A stretch of 64,000 bases of DNA from Candidatus Fermentibacterota bacterium (GCA_014728175.1 WJMA01000054.1:71673-135672), one strand, 5' to 3'; positions 28,317 through 39,223 are shown, numbered from the stretch's first letter. The notes: generated from the sequence alone by a model not told the origin. Program-made: numbers and translations.

Positions 28317-29468
28317 ATGAAGCTCGAGGAGTTTCAGGCGAAGAAACTCTTCTCCAGGTCTGGAATACCGATCCCAGAGGGCAGCATGGTTACCACGGCC
28401 GAAGAGGCCCGGGAGACCGCCGGGAAGATAGGCTGCCCGGTGGTTGTAAAGGCCCAGGTCCAGACCGGGGGAAGAGGCAAGGCCGGTGGAGTAAAGCTGG
28501 CCCAGAGCCCCGAAGAGGCCCAGCAAAGAGCTTCGGAGATATTGGGCATGGACATCAAGGGCCACAAGGTGAAGCGCCTGCTGGTGGACCCCGCCGTAGA
28601 CATCCGGGGCGAGTTGTACGCGGGCATAACCGTCGACAGGAACAAGAAGGCTCCAGTGATGATGGTCTCCCCCGCCGGAGGGGTGGATATAGAGGAAGTG
28701 GCCCGGACCACGCCGGAGAAGATAACGTTCCAACGCATAGACCCACTTATGGGCCTGCAGCTCTTCGAGGCGAAACGTCTGGCTTTCGGCCTGTTCGACG
28801 AGAAGAAGAAGGCCCTGGCCACGGCCGGAATCCTGACCAGGCTGTGGAGCTGCTTCCGGGATTGCGACGCTTCCCTGGCGGAGATAAATCCTCTGGCCGA
28901 GCTGGCCGACGGCGGCATAATCGCCCTGGACGCCAAGATAGTCCTGGACGACAACGCCATGTACAGACATCCTGACCTGAAGGAGATGCGGCTGCCCACC
29001 CCGGACGAGGAGAAGGAGCTGCTGGCCAAGAGCAAGGGCCTCAGCTACGTCCAGCTGGAAGGAGAGATAGGCTGCATGGTTAACGGAGCGGGTCTGGCGA
29101 TGGCCACCATGGACCTGATCAAGCACCTCGGCGGCAGGCCGGCCAACTTCCTGGACATCGGGGGAAGCTCCAACCCGCAGAAAGTGATCGACGCCATGGA
29201 GCTGCTGGTCTCCGACCCCAACGTGCGGGTGATATTCATAAACGTGTTCGGGGGGATAACCCGCTGCGACGACGTGGCCAACGGGCTGGTCGAGGCGCTG
29301 GGACAGCTGGAGCTGGACCTCCCTCTGGTGGTCAGGCTCACCGGAACCAACGAGGACCAGGGCCGGGAGATACTGGCCAACGCCGGAATCACCGCCGTAA
29401 CCGACATGACCGAGGGGGCGAGCAAGGCGCTGGAGCTCGCTTCCGCCGGAGGGGGTGAGCGGGCATGA
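28317..29468 (+). CDS. sucC: succinate--CoA ligase (ADP-forming) beta subunit
   Basis: [12 protein letters not shown] start, ATP-grasp domain, 383 aa; 4-bp overlap with sucD. Confidence 0.9.
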   Translation: MKLEEFQAKKLFSRSGIPIPEGSMVTTAEEARETAGKIGCPVVVKAQVQTGGRGKAGGVKLAQSPEEAQQRASEILGMDIKGHKVKRLLVDPAVDIRGELYAGITVDRNKKAPVMMVSPAGGVDIEEVARTTPEKITFQRIDPLMGLQLFEAKRLAFGLFDEKKKALATAGILTRLWSCFRDCDASLAEINPLAELADGGIIALDAKIVLDDNAMYRHPDLKEMRLPTPDEEKELLAKSKGLSYVQLEGEIGCMVNGAGLAMATMDLIKHLGGRPANFLDIGGSSNPQKVIDAMELLVSDPNVRVIFINVFGGITRCDDVANGLVEALGQLELDLPLVVRLTGTNEDQGREILANAGITAVTDMTEGASKALELASAGGGERA

Positions 29469-30337
29469 GCATTCTGATAGACAAGGATACCAGGGTGATC
29501 GTTCAGGGCCTGGGACGCGACGGTTCCTTCCATGCCGCGCAGATGCTTGAATACGGCACCAACGTGGTGGGCGGAGTCCACCCCGGCCGCGGGGGAGAGA
29601 CCGAGTCGGGCTTTCCCGTGTTCAACGATTGCCGGGCGGCCGTGGAGAGTACGGGGGCGGACTGCAGCGTGCTCTTCGTTCCGGCCGGGTTTGCAGCCGA
29701 TGCGATAATGGAGGCCGCCGATGCGGGCATAGGCCTGGTAGTTGCTATCAGTGAGGGCATACCGGTGCTGGATATGACCCGGGTAACCGAGGTGCTGCAG
29801 CGCAAAGGCACCAGGCTGGTGGGGCCCAACTGCCCCGGTCTGATATCGCCCGGCAGGTGCAAGGTAGGCATCATGCCCGGAGCTATCTTCGAGGAGGGCA
29901 GAATAGGAGTGGTGAGCCGCAGCGGAACCCTCACCTACCAGGTGGTGAGACACGTCACCGACTCCGACCTCGGACAGTCGACCGCGGTGGGCATGGGTGG
30001 AGACCCGGTCACCGGTTTGGGCTTCATCGATTATCTGGAGCTCTTCGAGAAGGACGACCAGACGGAAGCGGTGGTCCTGGTGGGCGAGATAGGAGGAACC
30101 GCCGAGGAACGGGCGGCCGAGTTCGTCAAGGCTTCCATGAGCAAGCCGGTGGTCTCCTTCATAGTAGGTCGCACCGCGCCTCCCGGCAAACGCATGGGAC
30201 ACGCCGGGGCCATAATCTCGGGAGGATCCGGAACAGCGGAGGCAAAGGTGGCGGCCCTGACCGAGAACGACGTACCGGTGGCCGACACCACGGAGCAGAT
30301 CGTGCAGCTGCTCCAGGACGAGCTTGGAGGTCGATAG
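29465..30337 (+). CDS. sucD: succinate--CoA ligase alpha subunit
   Basis: CoA-binding and active-site His region (…[14 protein letters not shown]…), 290 aa. Confidence 0.9.
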   Translation: MSILIDKDTRVIVQGLGRDGSFHAAQMLEYGTNVVGGVHPGRGGETESGFPVFNDCRAAVESTGADCSVLFVPAGFAADAIMEAADAGIGLVVAISEGIPVLDMTRVTEVLQRKGTRLVGPNCPGLISPGRCKVGIMPGAIFEEGRIGVVSRSGTLTYQVVRHVTDSDLGQSTAVGMGGDPVTGLGFIDYLELFEKDDQTEAVVLVGEIGGTAEERAAEFVKASMSKPVVSFIVGRTAPPGKRMGHAGAIISGGSGTAEAKVAALTENDVPVADTTEQIVQLLQDELGGR

Positions 30338-31182
30338 TGAGAGATCTCGACGTATCGGAAATAACGGACGTCCTGAGGGAGATATGCATCTCCGCCAACG
30401 TATTTTTGGGCGAGGACGTCAAGACGGCGATCAAAAAGGCCAGGGATGCCGAGGAGTCCCCTCTGGGCAAGGAGATACTGGACGTCATACTGGACAACCA
30501 CAGTATCTCCGAGGAGAGCGACATGCCCCTTTGCCAGGACACCGGCTTCGCAGTCGTCTTCCTGGAGATCGGACAGGATGTACACCTGACCGGAGGCTAC
30601 CTGGAGGACGCGGTAAACGAAGGTGTACGAAGGGGTTACAAGGACGGCTATCTGAGGAAGTCCATAGTGGACGACCCCTCCATATCCCGCAAGAACACGG
30701 GCGACAACACGCCGGCGGTGATCCACACCCGCATCGTCCCCGGAGAGAAGGTGCGAATCGTGTTCGCGCCCAAGGGGGGCGGGTCGGAGAACATGAGCGA
30801 GGTAAGGATGATGACCGCCGCCGACGGCATAGAGGGCATCAAGGACTTCGTCGTGGAGCGGGTAAGGAAGTCCGGCGGCAACCCCTGCCCTCCCATTGTG
30901 GTGGGAGTGGGTATCGGCGGAACCTTCGAGAAGTGCGCCTATCTGGCGAAGAAGGCGGTTCTGAGACCGCTGGGGGAGCACAATCCCGATCCGCGTTACG
31001 CGGAGGTGGAGAAGGAGCTCCTGCAGCGGATCAACGATCTGGGCATAGGCCCGGCCGGATTCGGGGGCAGGACGACCGCGTTGGGGGTCAACGTGGAGAC
31101 CTTTCCCTGCCACATCGCTTCCATGCCGGTGGCGGTCAACATTCAGTGTCACGCCAGCAGGCATAAGGAAAGAACGCTGTAG
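30337..31182 (+). CDS. class I (Fe-S) fumarate hydratase, alpha/N-terminal subunit
   Basis: GTG start overlapping the sucD stop, with GGAGG 6 nt upstream; …SDMPLCQDTGFAVVF…, …KGGGSENMSEVRMM…, …IVVGVGIGGTFEKCAYLAKKA… match Fe-S hydro-lyase alpha-type blocks. The track's upstream extension into sucD is rejected. Confidence 0.85.
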   Translation: MRDLDVSEITDVLREICISANVFLGEDVKTAIKKARDAEESPLGKEILDVILDNHSISEESDMPLCQDTGFAVVFLEIGQDVHLTGGYLEDAVNEGVRRGYKDGYLRKSIVDDPSISRKNTGDNTPAVIHTRIVPGEKVRIVFAPKGGGSENMSEVRMMTAADGIEGIKDFVVERVRKSGGNPCPPIVVGVGIGGTFEKCAYLAKKAVLRPLGEHNPDPRYAEVEKELLQRINDLGIGPAGFGGRTTALGVNVETFPCHIASMPVAVNIQCHASRHKERTL

Positions 31183-31196
31183 GGGGTGGGGCAATC

Positions 31197-31754
31197 GTGA
31201 AGACATTGGAACTGAGCACACCGCTGGAATCACGGGAGCTACAAGAGCTCGACGTCGGGGACAAGGTCCTGCTCTCCGGAGAGGTCTACACGGCGCGCGA
31301 CGCCGCGCACAAGAGGCTGGTCGCGCTCATAGAGGAAGGCAAGGATCTGCCGTTCGAGCTAAAAGGGGCGGTTATCTACTACGTCGGTCCCGCCCCTTCC
31401 AGGCCGGGGCAGGTACTCAACTCGGCCGGACCAACCACCAGCTACAGGATGGATCCGTTCGCACCACTCCTTCTGGAACACGGCATGAAGGCCAGCATAG
31501 GCAAGGGCCCCCGGAGCCGCGAAGTCAGAGACGCCATGGTGAAATACAAGGCGGTTTACCTAGGCGCGGTCGGAGGGGCTGCGGCCGGCATAGCCTCCTC
31601 GGTCGAGGAGATGTCGGTGATAGCCTACGAGGACCTGGGCCCGGAGGCGGTGCGCAGACTGGTGGTCAAAGACATGCCCCTGTTCGTGGTGAACGACACC
31701 AAGGGCAAGGACCTGTTCGAGATCGGCGTGGCCGAGTACAGCAGAAGCGGCTAG
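31197..31754 (+). CDS. class I fumarate hydratase, beta/C-terminal subunit
   Basis: 185 aa; …VYTARDAAHKRL…YYVGPAP…SIGKGPRS… match beta-subunit blocks of the Fe-S hydro-lyase. Confidence 0.85.
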   Translation: MKTLELSTPLESRELQELDVGDKVLLSGEVYTARDAAHKRLVALIEEGKDLPFELKGAVIYYVGPAPSRPGQVLNSAGPTTSYRMDPFAPLLLEHGMKASIGKGPRSREVRDAMVKYKAVYLGAVGGAAAGIASSVEEMSVIAYEDLGPEAVRRLVVKDMPLFVVNDTKGKDLFEIGVAEYSRSG

Positions 31755-31773
31755 GCACGTTCCGGCCGGAGAC

Positions 31774-33420
31774 GTGGGGATGGAGGGCATAGCTAGGCGC
31801 AGGCCGCGCCCGCAGACCTTCTCGGGGCTGAGAAAAGAGCACCTGTTAGCCGGCCTGATCGTCTTGCTCCTGCTGGCGGTGTTCCTTCTTCCGGGCAGGT
31901 CGTTCTGGGCCATGGACGAGGGCAACCGCTACCTGCAGGTGGTGTCGCTGTCCAGAAGCGGGCTGCAGCTTCCTCCACCCATACCATATCCCGGCTCCGA
32001 GCTGCTTCCCCCCTCGCTCCTGCAGACCCTGAAGCCCCTTCCCTACCATTACGGAACCCTGGAGAACGGCCGCCTGTACAGCCAGTACAACCCTCTTATG
32101 GCCCTGCTATCTCTGCCGGGATACTTCCTGCTCGGGCGCAGTGGGATATACCTGATCCCTCTGTTGGCGGGCGCGCTGCTGGTCATGCATCTGTCGCGAC
32201 GCTATCGGCGCAGGGGCTGGCGGACCAAGACCTCCTTTGCCCTGGCCCTCCTTGCCACCCCGATCGTCTTCTACAGCCTTACCTTCTGGTCGCATACCCT
32301 GGCCCTCCTGCTGGGTCTCATCGCGTTGGATCAGGCCAGGCGGGGAAGCATTCGGGCGGCCATCGTGCTCACCGTGCTTTCCGTGCTGCTGAGGGAGGAG
32401 ATGCTCCTGCTGATACCCCTCATCATTCTGATAAGGCCGAGAGTCGCCTCTCCGATTTCCACAACCGCTACCGCCCTGGGCGCGGTAGCGTTTTTCCTGC
32501 TGGCACAGAGGGTGCTGACCGGAACCTGGCTGGGGACCCATCTGGCCGCCAGTGGTACCGAACAGGCCATATACGGGCATGCCGGGCTCTCCCTCCTCTC
32601 CTCCAAGCTGTACGTTGCGGCCCGGACGTTCTTCAGCATGCTGCCTGGAGTCCAGGGAGGTTGGGCCCTGCCGGCCGGGCTGGGGCTGTGGGGACTCTGG
32701 GGATTGGGCTTTCTGCCGGACCGCAGGATTGGGCGGGTGGCCAGGATGGTGGGAATGGGCGCCTGCGCCGCGATCCTGGTCTGGATGCTGGCCAGAGGCG
32801 CCCGGGCATCGGACACCCTGGTGGTGAAGCATCCCCTGCTGGTGTTCCCGGTACTGTGGCTCTGCTACCCCGACACCCGGAGAGGTCTTACCTTCCTGGG
32901 TCTGTGCCTCCTGGTCGTACTGGCACTGAGCCCCATGCACGTCGACGACCTGGCCTGGGGCCTTCGGCACACCCTTCTTCCCGTGTTCTTCCTGTCCCTG
33001 GGAATGCGTAAGGACCTGTCCAGGCCTCTTCTCCCACCGGTCCTGGTCCTGGGCGGCCTGGCCCTGCTGACCTCGATATCCCTGCTCACGGCCAAGCGGG
33101 TGAGGAGCGCCGAGCTCCTGGATCTATGCCGTTCCACGGGAAGTTCGGTGATCACCACCTCCTGGGAGCAGCCCCAGGACTTCGCTACCCTGATCGAGGA
33201 CGGGGTACCGGTGCTGATGGCGGACCGGGGCGGAGACCTTCTGGAAGCGCTCCGGGCGCTCTCGGAGAAGTACCCGGTGGTGGTATGCAGAAGCGAAAGC
33301 GCGGATCTGGCCATCAGGGCGGTGGAACTCTCCGGCATGCGTCCGACGGTCGTGGGTAGAGGCTACCCGGACGACCCTTTGCTGGATGTGGTGGTGGTGA
33401 CCACCGCCCGGCACCGTTGA
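31774..33420 (+). CDS. polytopic integral membrane protein, function unknown (possibly GT-C-fold/ArnT-like glycosyltransferase)
   Basis: 548 aa, at least 10 hydrophobic helices; early loop DEGNRYLQ reminiscent of the GT-C loop-1 acidic motif. No firm assignment. Confidence 0.5.
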   Translation: MGMEGIARRRPRPQTFSGLRKEHLLAGLIVLLLLAVFLLPGRSFWAMDEGNRYLQVVSLSRSGLQLPPPIPYPGSELLPPSLLQTLKPLPYHYGTLENGRLYSQYNPLMALLSLPGYFLLGRSGIYLIPLLAGALLVMHLSRRYRRRGWRTKTSFALALLATPIVFYSLTFWSHTLALLLGLIALDQARRGSIRAAIVLTVLSVLLREEMLLLIPLIILIRPRVASPISTTATALGAVAFFLLAQRVLTGTWLGTHLAASGTEQAIYGHAGLSLLSSKLYVAARTFFSMLPGVQGGWALPAGLGLWGLWGLGFLPDRRIGRVARMVGMGACAAILVWMLARGARASDTLVVKHPLLVFPVLWLCYPDTRRGLTFLGLCLLVVLALSPMHVDDLAWGLRHTLLPVFFLSLGMRKDLSRPLLPPVLVLGGLALLTSISLLTAKRVRSAELLDLCRSTGSSVITTSWEQPQDFATLIEDGVPVLMADRGGDLLEALRALSEKYPVVVCRSESADLAIRAVELSGMRPTVVGRGYPDDPLLDVVVVTTARHR

Positions 33421-33444
33421 TTCCCGGCGAGGGCCGGGACTCCG

Positions 33445-35124
33445 TCAGCCCCTGATCGTACCCTGGTACTCCGTGGTCAGCTGTCTCTTCCTGACCTCGG
33501 GATTGCTGTAATCAGGAAGGATCATGGGCGCGATCCGGTCGGTATCAACGCCCTCCTTGTCCAGCTCCTGGTTGTACTGCTTCACGTGCTCCAGGGTAGG
33601 CTTGCCGGTCTCGCCCTTCTTTTTGACGAACTCCGCAGCGGCCTTGCCGGCTATCCTGCCGAACACGACCACGTCCAGTAGGGAGTTGCCCATAAGCCTG
33701 TTCTCGCCATGGACCCCCCCGGTTACCTCGCCGCTGGCGAAAAGCCCGGGAACGTTGGTCTCGCAGCTCTCGGTGATCTGCAGCCCGCCGTTCTGGTAGT
33801 GAAGGGTCGGATGGACCAGCATGGGCTCCCTGGAGATGTCTATCCCGTAGCGTTCGTAAAGGATATGCTTGGCGGGGAACTCCCTGCCAACTGTTCCCTC
33901 TCCCTTCAGCAGGTCTATCATCGGCGAGTCCAGCCATACGCCCACCTTGCCCGTGGGGGTGGGAACGCCCTTGCCCACGTCCTCGGAGCACTCGCGGATG
34001 ATACAGGCCGCCTCCACGTCTCGGGGCTCACGCTCGTAGACGAACTGCTCGCCGTCCACGTTGAGAATGTTGGCCCCCGCACCCCTGAACTTCTCGGTTA
34101 TCAGGATGCCCTCGGCCTGCTCGGGGTAGACCACGCCCGTCGGATGGTACTGCACCGTGTGCAGGAACGAGACCGGCACCCCGGCCCGGTAGGCCATCAC
34201 CACGCCGTCGGCGGTGGCCCCGTAATGGTTGGTGGTCATGAAGTCCTGGATGTGGAGCCTACCGCATCCGCCGGTTGCCAGAACCACGGCCTTGGCCCGG
34301 ACGTAGTGGTACTCCCTGGTCTCCAGGTTGTAGAGGATGGCTCCGGCGCACCTGCCCTTATCGTCCAGCACCAGATCAACGGCGGGGTTAAACTCGATGA
34401 CCTCTATGTCTTCCTCCCTGGACCTGGCCTCGTCCCTTATGGTCCGCATTATCTCCGCGCCGGTGATGTCGGCGGCGAAGTGCATGCGCTTCCGAGAGGT
34501 GCCTCCTCCATGCATCGTCTTCAGCGTTCCGTCGGACTCCTTGGAGAACATGGCTCCCAGCGACTCCAGCCACTGGATGGCGTCGGGGCCATTGTTCACC
34601 AGCCTTTTCACCAGCTGGGGAACGTTCTTGAAGTGTCCTCCGCCCAGTACGTCGAGGTAATGGTAGTAGGGAGAGTCCTTCCAGCCCTTGGAGGCGGCCT
34701 GGATGCCTCCCTCCGCCATCATGGTGTTGGCGTCACCGTGGCGGAGCTTGGTGGCTATGGTCACCTCCACCCCGTTCTCCTGGGCGATCAGCGCGGTCGA
34801 CGTTCCGGCGCCTCCCCCACCGATCACCAACAGGTCGGTGTCATAATCCGGCTCGGAAAGGTCGATCAGGCCGGGGTCTATCCTGCTGCGGGCCTCCAGA
34901 AGATCCACTATCTCGTTGCTTATGGAGTAGCCCTTACTGGGGCCGACCTTTATCTCCCGCCTGGTTCCCTTCCTGTAATCGGGATGGTACTTCCTGAGGA
35001 GCTCGTCCCTGTCTTCCACGTCCACGGCCTCGAACTCCTGACCTGCCTTCTTCCTCTCCACCCTTGCGGGTCGGGTGGCCTCCACTTTCTTGATGAGCTT
35101 CTTCAGACTTTCGGGGTACGGCAT
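33445..35124 (-). CDS. fumarate reductase/succinate dehydrogenase flavoprotein-family subunit (FrdA/TfrA-like) with a ~95-aa charged N-terminal extension
   Basis: FAD dinucleotide fold LLVIGGGGAGTSTAL and C-terminal …HYQNGGLQITESCETNVPGLFASGEVTGGVHGENRLMGNSLLDVVVFGRIAG, characteristic of FrdA/SdhA/NadB active-site region. The C-terminus is shorter than canonical SdhA. Confidence 0.85.
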   Translation of the reverse strand: MPYPESLKKLIKKVEATRPARVERKKAGQEFEAVDVEDRDELLRKYHPDYRKGTRREIKVGPSKGYSISNEIVDLLEARSRIDPGLIDLSEPDYDTDLLVIGGGGAGTSTALIAQENGVEVTIATKLRHGDANTMMAEGGIQAASKGWKDSPYYHYLDVLGGGHFKNVPQLVKRLVNNGPDAIQWLESLGAMFSKESDGTLKTMHGGGTSRKRMHFAADITGAEIMRTIRDEARSREEDIEVIEFNPAVDLVLDDKGRCAGAILYNLETREYHYVRAKAVVLATGGCGRLHIQDFMTTNHYGATADGVVMAYRAGVPVSFLHTVQYHPTGVVYPEQAEGILITEKFRGAGANILNVDGEQFVYEREPRDVEAACIIRECSEDVGKGVPTPTGKVGVWLDSPMIDLLKGEGTVGREFPAKHILYERYGIDISREPMLVHPTLHYQNGGLQITESCETNVPGLFASGEVTGGVHGENRLMGNSLLDVVVFGRIAGKAAAEFVKKKGETGKPTLEHVKQYNQELDKEGVDTDRIAPMILPDYSNPEVRKRQLTTEYQGTIRG

Positions 35125-35140
35125 GTATCTACCTCCAGAC

Positions 35141-35911
35141 CTAGTCCCGCTCCGACCGGCTCACAACGTAGTCCCGATCCTCGGGGACCCAGTCGTCCTC
35201 GGCGTTGTCGGGCTCGGCCTCTCTATCCCTGTAGATTTTTATCAGATCCTTCTCCTCCATGTCCATCAGCTCCTGCAACGGCTCATCGAAGCGTCCTCCC
35301 TCGACGGACTCCACCGCGTCGGCCAGGTGGTCGGCTGCCGGAACCAGATTCCTGCCGTGCAGCCTGCGGCAGAGGATGGCCACGTTGTACTGGACCTCCT
35401 CGGCCGGGCAGCGGGAGGCACAGAGCCCGCACATGATGCAATCGAAAGACAGCTCCGCCACTCCGGAGACGTCCCCTCTGATAGCCCTGGCCATGTACTG
35501 CATTACGTCGATATCCATGGGGCAGCTCTGGGTGCAGGCGTTACACCCTATGCACTTGAATATCTCCGGGTAGAGCTCGGCAACCTCTTCGCCGGTGCCC
35601 TCCATCTCGGTGATATCGTAGCCTGCCCTGTTCCCGGGGAAGAACGGAAGAAGGGTCAGGTACATCCCGGGCTGTACGACCGTCTGGCAGGCCAGACCCA
35701 CCTCCAGTCGGTAGCTGCCGGGGGTTCTGTAAACCGTGCCGCAAGCTCCGCATACGCCGCCCCTACAGCCGCAGCCCCGGATCAGCTGGTATCCAGCGTA
35801 CTCCATGGCCTTCTGAATGGTCAGGCTGGCGGGCACGTCGAAACGCTCACCCATCACGAATATGGGCACCATCTCCTCGCTGGGTGCCTGGGAAGTATTC
35901 TTAGCTGTCAT
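35141..35911 (-). CDS. SdhB/FrdB-like iron-sulfur subunit (2Fe-2S plus two Cys4 clusters)
   Basis: Start at M130 of the track ORF (MTAKNTSQ…) gives an ATGA overlap with mvhD. Motifs RGCGCRGGVCGACG (2Fe-2S), CIGCNACTQSCP and CIMCGLCASRCP. Confidence 0.8.
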   Translation of the reverse strand: MTAKNTSQAPSEEMVPIFVMGERFDVPASLTIQKAMEYAGYQLIRGCGCRGGVCGACGTVYRTPGSYRLEVGLACQTVVQPGMYLTLLPFFPGNRAGYDITEMEGTGEEVAELYPEIFKCIGCNACTQSCPMDIDVMQYMARAIRGDVSGVAELSFDCIMCGLCASRCPAEEVQYNVAILCRRLHGRNLVPAADHLADAVESVEGGRFDEPLQELMDMEEKDLIKIYRDREAEPDNAEDDWVPEDRDYVVSRSERD

Positions 35912-36330
35912 ACAGTCATCTCCTTCGAAGCAAGGCTCAACGGACCCTTCTTCCTGAGCTCCTCGCTGAAGTTGTCCATCACCTCCGCGAACTTCTTCCC
36001 CTCCGCAGCGGAGATCCACTCCAGCCTGAGACGGGAGGATTCTATGCCCAGCTGGTCCAGGACCCGGCGCAGCAGCGCCATCCTGGTCTGGGTTCTGTAG
36101 TTTCCGTCCTGGTAGTGGCAGTCGCCGGGATGGCAGCCCCCCACCAACACGCCGTCCGCTCCCTGCCTGAAGGCCCACATGATGTGCTCCGGATCCACTC
36201 TGCTCGAACACATGAACCTCAGGTTGATCCCGTTGGGGGAGTACTTCAACCTGGAGGTCCCCGCCAGATCCGCCCCGGCGCTGGTACACCACTTGCATAC
36301 GAAGCAGACTATCTTGGGCTCGAACATCAT
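35908..36330 (-). CDS. mvhD: MvhD-family [2Fe-2S] electron-transfer protein (methyl-viologen-reducing hydrogenase delta subunit homolog), copy 1
   Basis: IVCFVCKWCTSAGADLAGTSRLKYSPNGINLRFMCSSRVDP…GCHPGDCHYQDGN is the MvhD signature; 4-bp overlaps on both sides. Confidence 0.8.
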   Translation of the reverse strand: MMFEPKIVCFVCKWCTSAGADLAGTSRLKYSPNGINLRFMCSSRVDPEHIMWAFRQGADGVLVGGCHPGDCHYQDGNYRTQTRMALLRRVLDQLGIESSRLRLEWISAAEGKKFAEVMDNFSEELRKKGPLSLASKEMTV

Positions 36331-38282
36331 TCCTCCCCCAGGCTAGCGGTTATCATCTCCAATATCTGCCTGTCGGTAAGGTTGCTCTGCTGGGTGGCCC
36401 CGCAGGGACAGGCCGCCACGCATGCTCCGCATCCCTCGCACAGGGCCTCGTTGACGACCGCTATCTCCTCTTCCTCGTCGTACTCCCGCGCGTCGTAGGG
36501 ACACACGGAGATGCAAACCCGGCAGCCGCCGCAGACATCCTCGTCGACGGCCGCGATCATGGGATCCTGTTCCATCTCGTCCTTGGAGAACAGCGCCGTT
36601 ACCTTGCTGGCCGCCCCGCTGGCCTGGGCGACGGTATCGGGAATGTCCCGGGGCGACTGCCCGCAACCGGCCAGATAGAAACCGGCGGTTATGCTCTCCA
36701 CCGGGCGAAGCTTGGGATGGGCCTCGTTCAGGAAGCCGTTCTCCCCGGTCTGGATCTTCAGCTTCTTGGCCAGGTCCTGCACTCCGGTTCCGGGGACCAC
36801 GGCGGTTGCCAGAACCACCAGGTCGGCCCTTATCTCTACGTTGCGCCCGGCGAGGCTATCAGTCCCCCACACCACGGTCTGGTCACCGTCACGGAAGATG
36901 CTGGCCACCTTTCCTTTCAAGTAGACTACACCCTCTTCCTCCTCCGCGCGGTGGTAGAATTCCTCGTAACCTTTTCCGCCCGTGCGCACGTCTATGTAGA
37001 AGATGTACGGCTGGCCGTCGTGAACCCGGTGCTTGTAGAGCATGGCGTGCTTCGTGGTGTACATGCAGCATATACGGGAGCAGTAGGGCTGGTATCTCTC
37101 GGGGTCCCTCGACCCGGCGCACTGAACGAAGACCACCTCCTTGGGAACCTTGCCGTCGGATGGTCTTCTCACCTCTCCCACCGTAGGGCCGGAGGCCGAG
37201 AGGAGCCTCTCGAAGGCCAGCCCGTCTATTACATCGGGAACCTCTCCCCCGCCGTACTCCGCTATTCTCTGCAGGGGAAGCGTCTCGTAGCCGGTGGCCA
37301 CTACGATTGCCCCCACCTCCTCCTCCACGATCTCATCCTCCTGGTCGAACCTTATGGACCCAACCTCGCAGGTGCTCTCGCAGAGCTTGCACTTGCCGGT
37401 GCGGTAGTAGACGCAGTTGTCTCTGTCTATGACCGGCTTGTTGGGAACGGCCTGGGGGAAGGGGACGTATATCGCTCCCCTGTCGTCCAAGCCCCGATTG
37501 AACTCGGAGGGAACCTTGACCGGACACTTCTCCATGCACTCGCCGCAACCGGTGCAGGTGGCCCAGTCCACGCTGGGGGCCTTCCGGCGAATCTTCACCG
37601 TGAAGTTACCCACGTAGCCGGACACCTCCTCCACTTCCGAGTAGGTCATCAGCTTTATGCGGGGGTGTTTCCCCACCTCCACCATCTTGGGGGTGAGGAT
37701 GCACTGGGAGCAGTCCAGGGTGGGGAAGGTCTCGGAGAGCTGAGCCATGTGCCCCCCTATGGACGGCTCGCGCTCCACCAGCACCACCTCGTAGCCGGAA
37801 TTGGCTATGTCCAGTGAGGCCTGGATTCCTGCTATACCGCCTCCTATCACCATCGCCCTTCTATTGATGGGAACCCTTATGGGCTCCAGGGACTCGTTGA
37901 GATAGGTCTTGGCCACTATGGACTTGATTATCTTGACCGCCTTGGCGGTGGCCCTCTCCCGGTCCTCGTGCACCCAGCTGCACTGCTCGCGGATGTTGGC
38001 TATCTCGCACTGGTACGGGTTCAGACCCGCCTCCGCGCTGGCCTGCCTGAACGTAAGCTCGTGCAGGGATGGCGAGCATGCCGCAACCACCACCGCGTCC
38101 AGCTTCTCATTCTTAATGGTATCCCTGACCAGCTCCTGGCCCGGGTCTGAGCACATGTAGATGTAGCTCTGGGCGTGCGTTATCCTGGGGTCCTTCCGGA
38201 GCTCCTCCACCACCCGGTCCACGTCTACGGTATTGGCAATGTTGATACCGCAGTGGCAGACGAAAACGCCTATCCTCTTCAC
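36327..38282 (-). CDS. hdrA: heterodisulfide reductase subunit A (FAD, multiple 4Fe-4S; electron-bifurcating type)
   Basis: 651 aa; MKRIGVFVCHCGINIANTVD N-terminus, FAD fold VIGGGIAGIQASLD, several CxxCxxCxxxCP ferredoxin motifs and the C-terminal MvhD-like Cys cluster region. Confidence 0.9.
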   Translation of the reverse strand: MKRIGVFVCHCGINIANTVDVDRVVEELRKDPRITHAQSYIYMCSDPGQELVRDTIKNEKLDAVVVAACSPSLHELTFRQASAEAGLNPYQCEIANIREQCSWVHEDRERATAKAVKIIKSIVAKTYLNESLEPIRVPINRRAMVIGGGIAGIQASLDIANSGYEVVLVEREPSIGGHMAQLSETFPTLDCSQCILTPKMVEVGKHPRIKLMTYSEVEEVSGYVGNFTVKIRRKAPSVDWATCTGCGECMEKCPVKVPSEFNRGLDDRGAIYVPFPQAVPNKPVIDRDNCVYYRTGKCKLCESTCEVGSIRFDQEDEIVEEEVGAIVVATGYETLPLQRIAEYGGGEVPDVIDGLAFERLLSASGPTVGEVRRPSDGKVPKEVVFVQCAGSRDPERYQPYCSRICCMYTTKHAMLYKHRVHDGQPYIFYIDVRTGGKGYEEFYHRAEEEEGVVYLKGKVASIFRDGDQTVVWGTDSLAGRNVEIRADLVVLATAVVPGTGVQDLAKKLKIQTGENGFLNEAHPKLRPVESITAGFYLAGCGQSPRDIPDTVAQASGAASKVTALFSKDEMEQDPMIAAVDEDVCGGCRVCISVCPYDAREYDEEEEIAVVNEALCEGCGACVAACPCGATQQSNLTDRQILEMITASLGEE

Positions 38283-39223
38283 CGGCTCCCACCCCCCTTC
38301 AGAGAACCCAGGGCCTTCTCGACCACCGGTTCGGGATCAACGTAGTGCTTGTCGAATCCTAAATCCGAGATATCCAGATCCATGGCCATCCCCAGAACCT
38401 GGGTGAAGTAAAGGATCGGAATGCTCTTGGTACCCGGATAGAGCTCGGAGATCATCTTCTGTCTGGAATCCAGATTGTAGAAACAAAGGGGGCAGCTTAC
38501 CACGATGGCGTCCGCGCCCTTCTCGGCGGCCGAGGATATGATGTTGCTGCACAGCCTGGCGGAGGATTCGGGAAAGGAGACGGAGAGATATGATCCGCAG
38601 CAGACCGTTCGGTAGGGATAGGCTACGGTCTCGGCCCCCAGGGCCACCAAAAAGTCCTCGATTATGGTGGGGTTCTCCACGCTGTCCAGCCCTATCTCGT
38701 CCTCAGGCCTGAGCATGACGCAACCGTAGTATGGAGCCAGCCGGAGCCCGGATAGCTCGGTGCTTCGGCTCTGGGCTATCTCCTCGAAACCCACCACGTC
38801 ACGCAGGTACTCCAGCAGATGCATCACCTGGACCTCGCCCAGGTAATCCCGGTAATCCTCCTCCGTGGATGGGAGGTAATCCCTCTTGGGCTGGTTCTCC
38901 CTCAGGAAGGCATTGACCCGCTTGCGGTCGAGGTCGCTGGTACTAACCCGATGGTTGGCTCTCTTCAGGCTGTTGTAGCAGAAGTCGCATATGGTCACCA
39001 GAACCTCGTCTCCCGTATCCCGCACGTCCTTCAGTATCCTTATGGGAGCGACGAGGTTCATTATCCTCTCCTCGGACGGCGGTGGAACCGCGCCACAGCA
39101 CGTCCAGGAGTCCAGCTCGTCCAGCTCGAAGCCCAGCTTCTCGGCTGCACCGAGCGCCGGCCTCTCCAGGTGTGCGGACCTCTCCTTCAGAGCGCAACCC
39201 GGATAATAGGCCACCCTAGTCAT
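38279..39223 (-). CDS. hdrB: heterodisulfide reductase subunit B (two CCG domains)
   Basis: MTRVAYYPGCALKE…WTCCGA and a second …YYGCVMLRP… CCG-type Cys-rich domain. Confidence 0.9.
   Translation of the reverse strand: MTRVAYYPGCALKERSAHLERPALGAAEKLGFELDELDSWTCCGAVPPPSEERIMNLVAPIRILKDVRDTGDEVLVTICDFCYNSLKRANHRVSTSDLDRKRVNAFLRENQPKRDYLPSTEEDYRDYLGEVQVMHLLEYLRDVVGFEEIAQSRSTELSGLRLAPYYGCVMLRPEDEIGLDSVENPTIIEDFLVALGAETVAYPYRTVCCGSYLSVSFPESSARLCSNIISSAAEKGADAIVVSCPLCFYNLDSRQKMISELYPGTKSIPILYFTQVLGMAMDLDISDLGFDKHYVDPEPVVEKALGSLKGGGSR

Noticed and set aside
29857-30336. 160-codon upstream extension of the fumarase alpha ORF into sucD
   Set aside because: No homology; a GTG at 30337 with a GGAGG RBS overlaps the sucD stop and begins exactly where fumarase homology starts.
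33423-33438. Hairpin CCCGGC-GAGG-GCCGGG between the convergent membrane-protein and frdA-like genes
   Set aside because: No U-tract on either strand; possibly a bidirectional terminator, but too weak to list as a feature.
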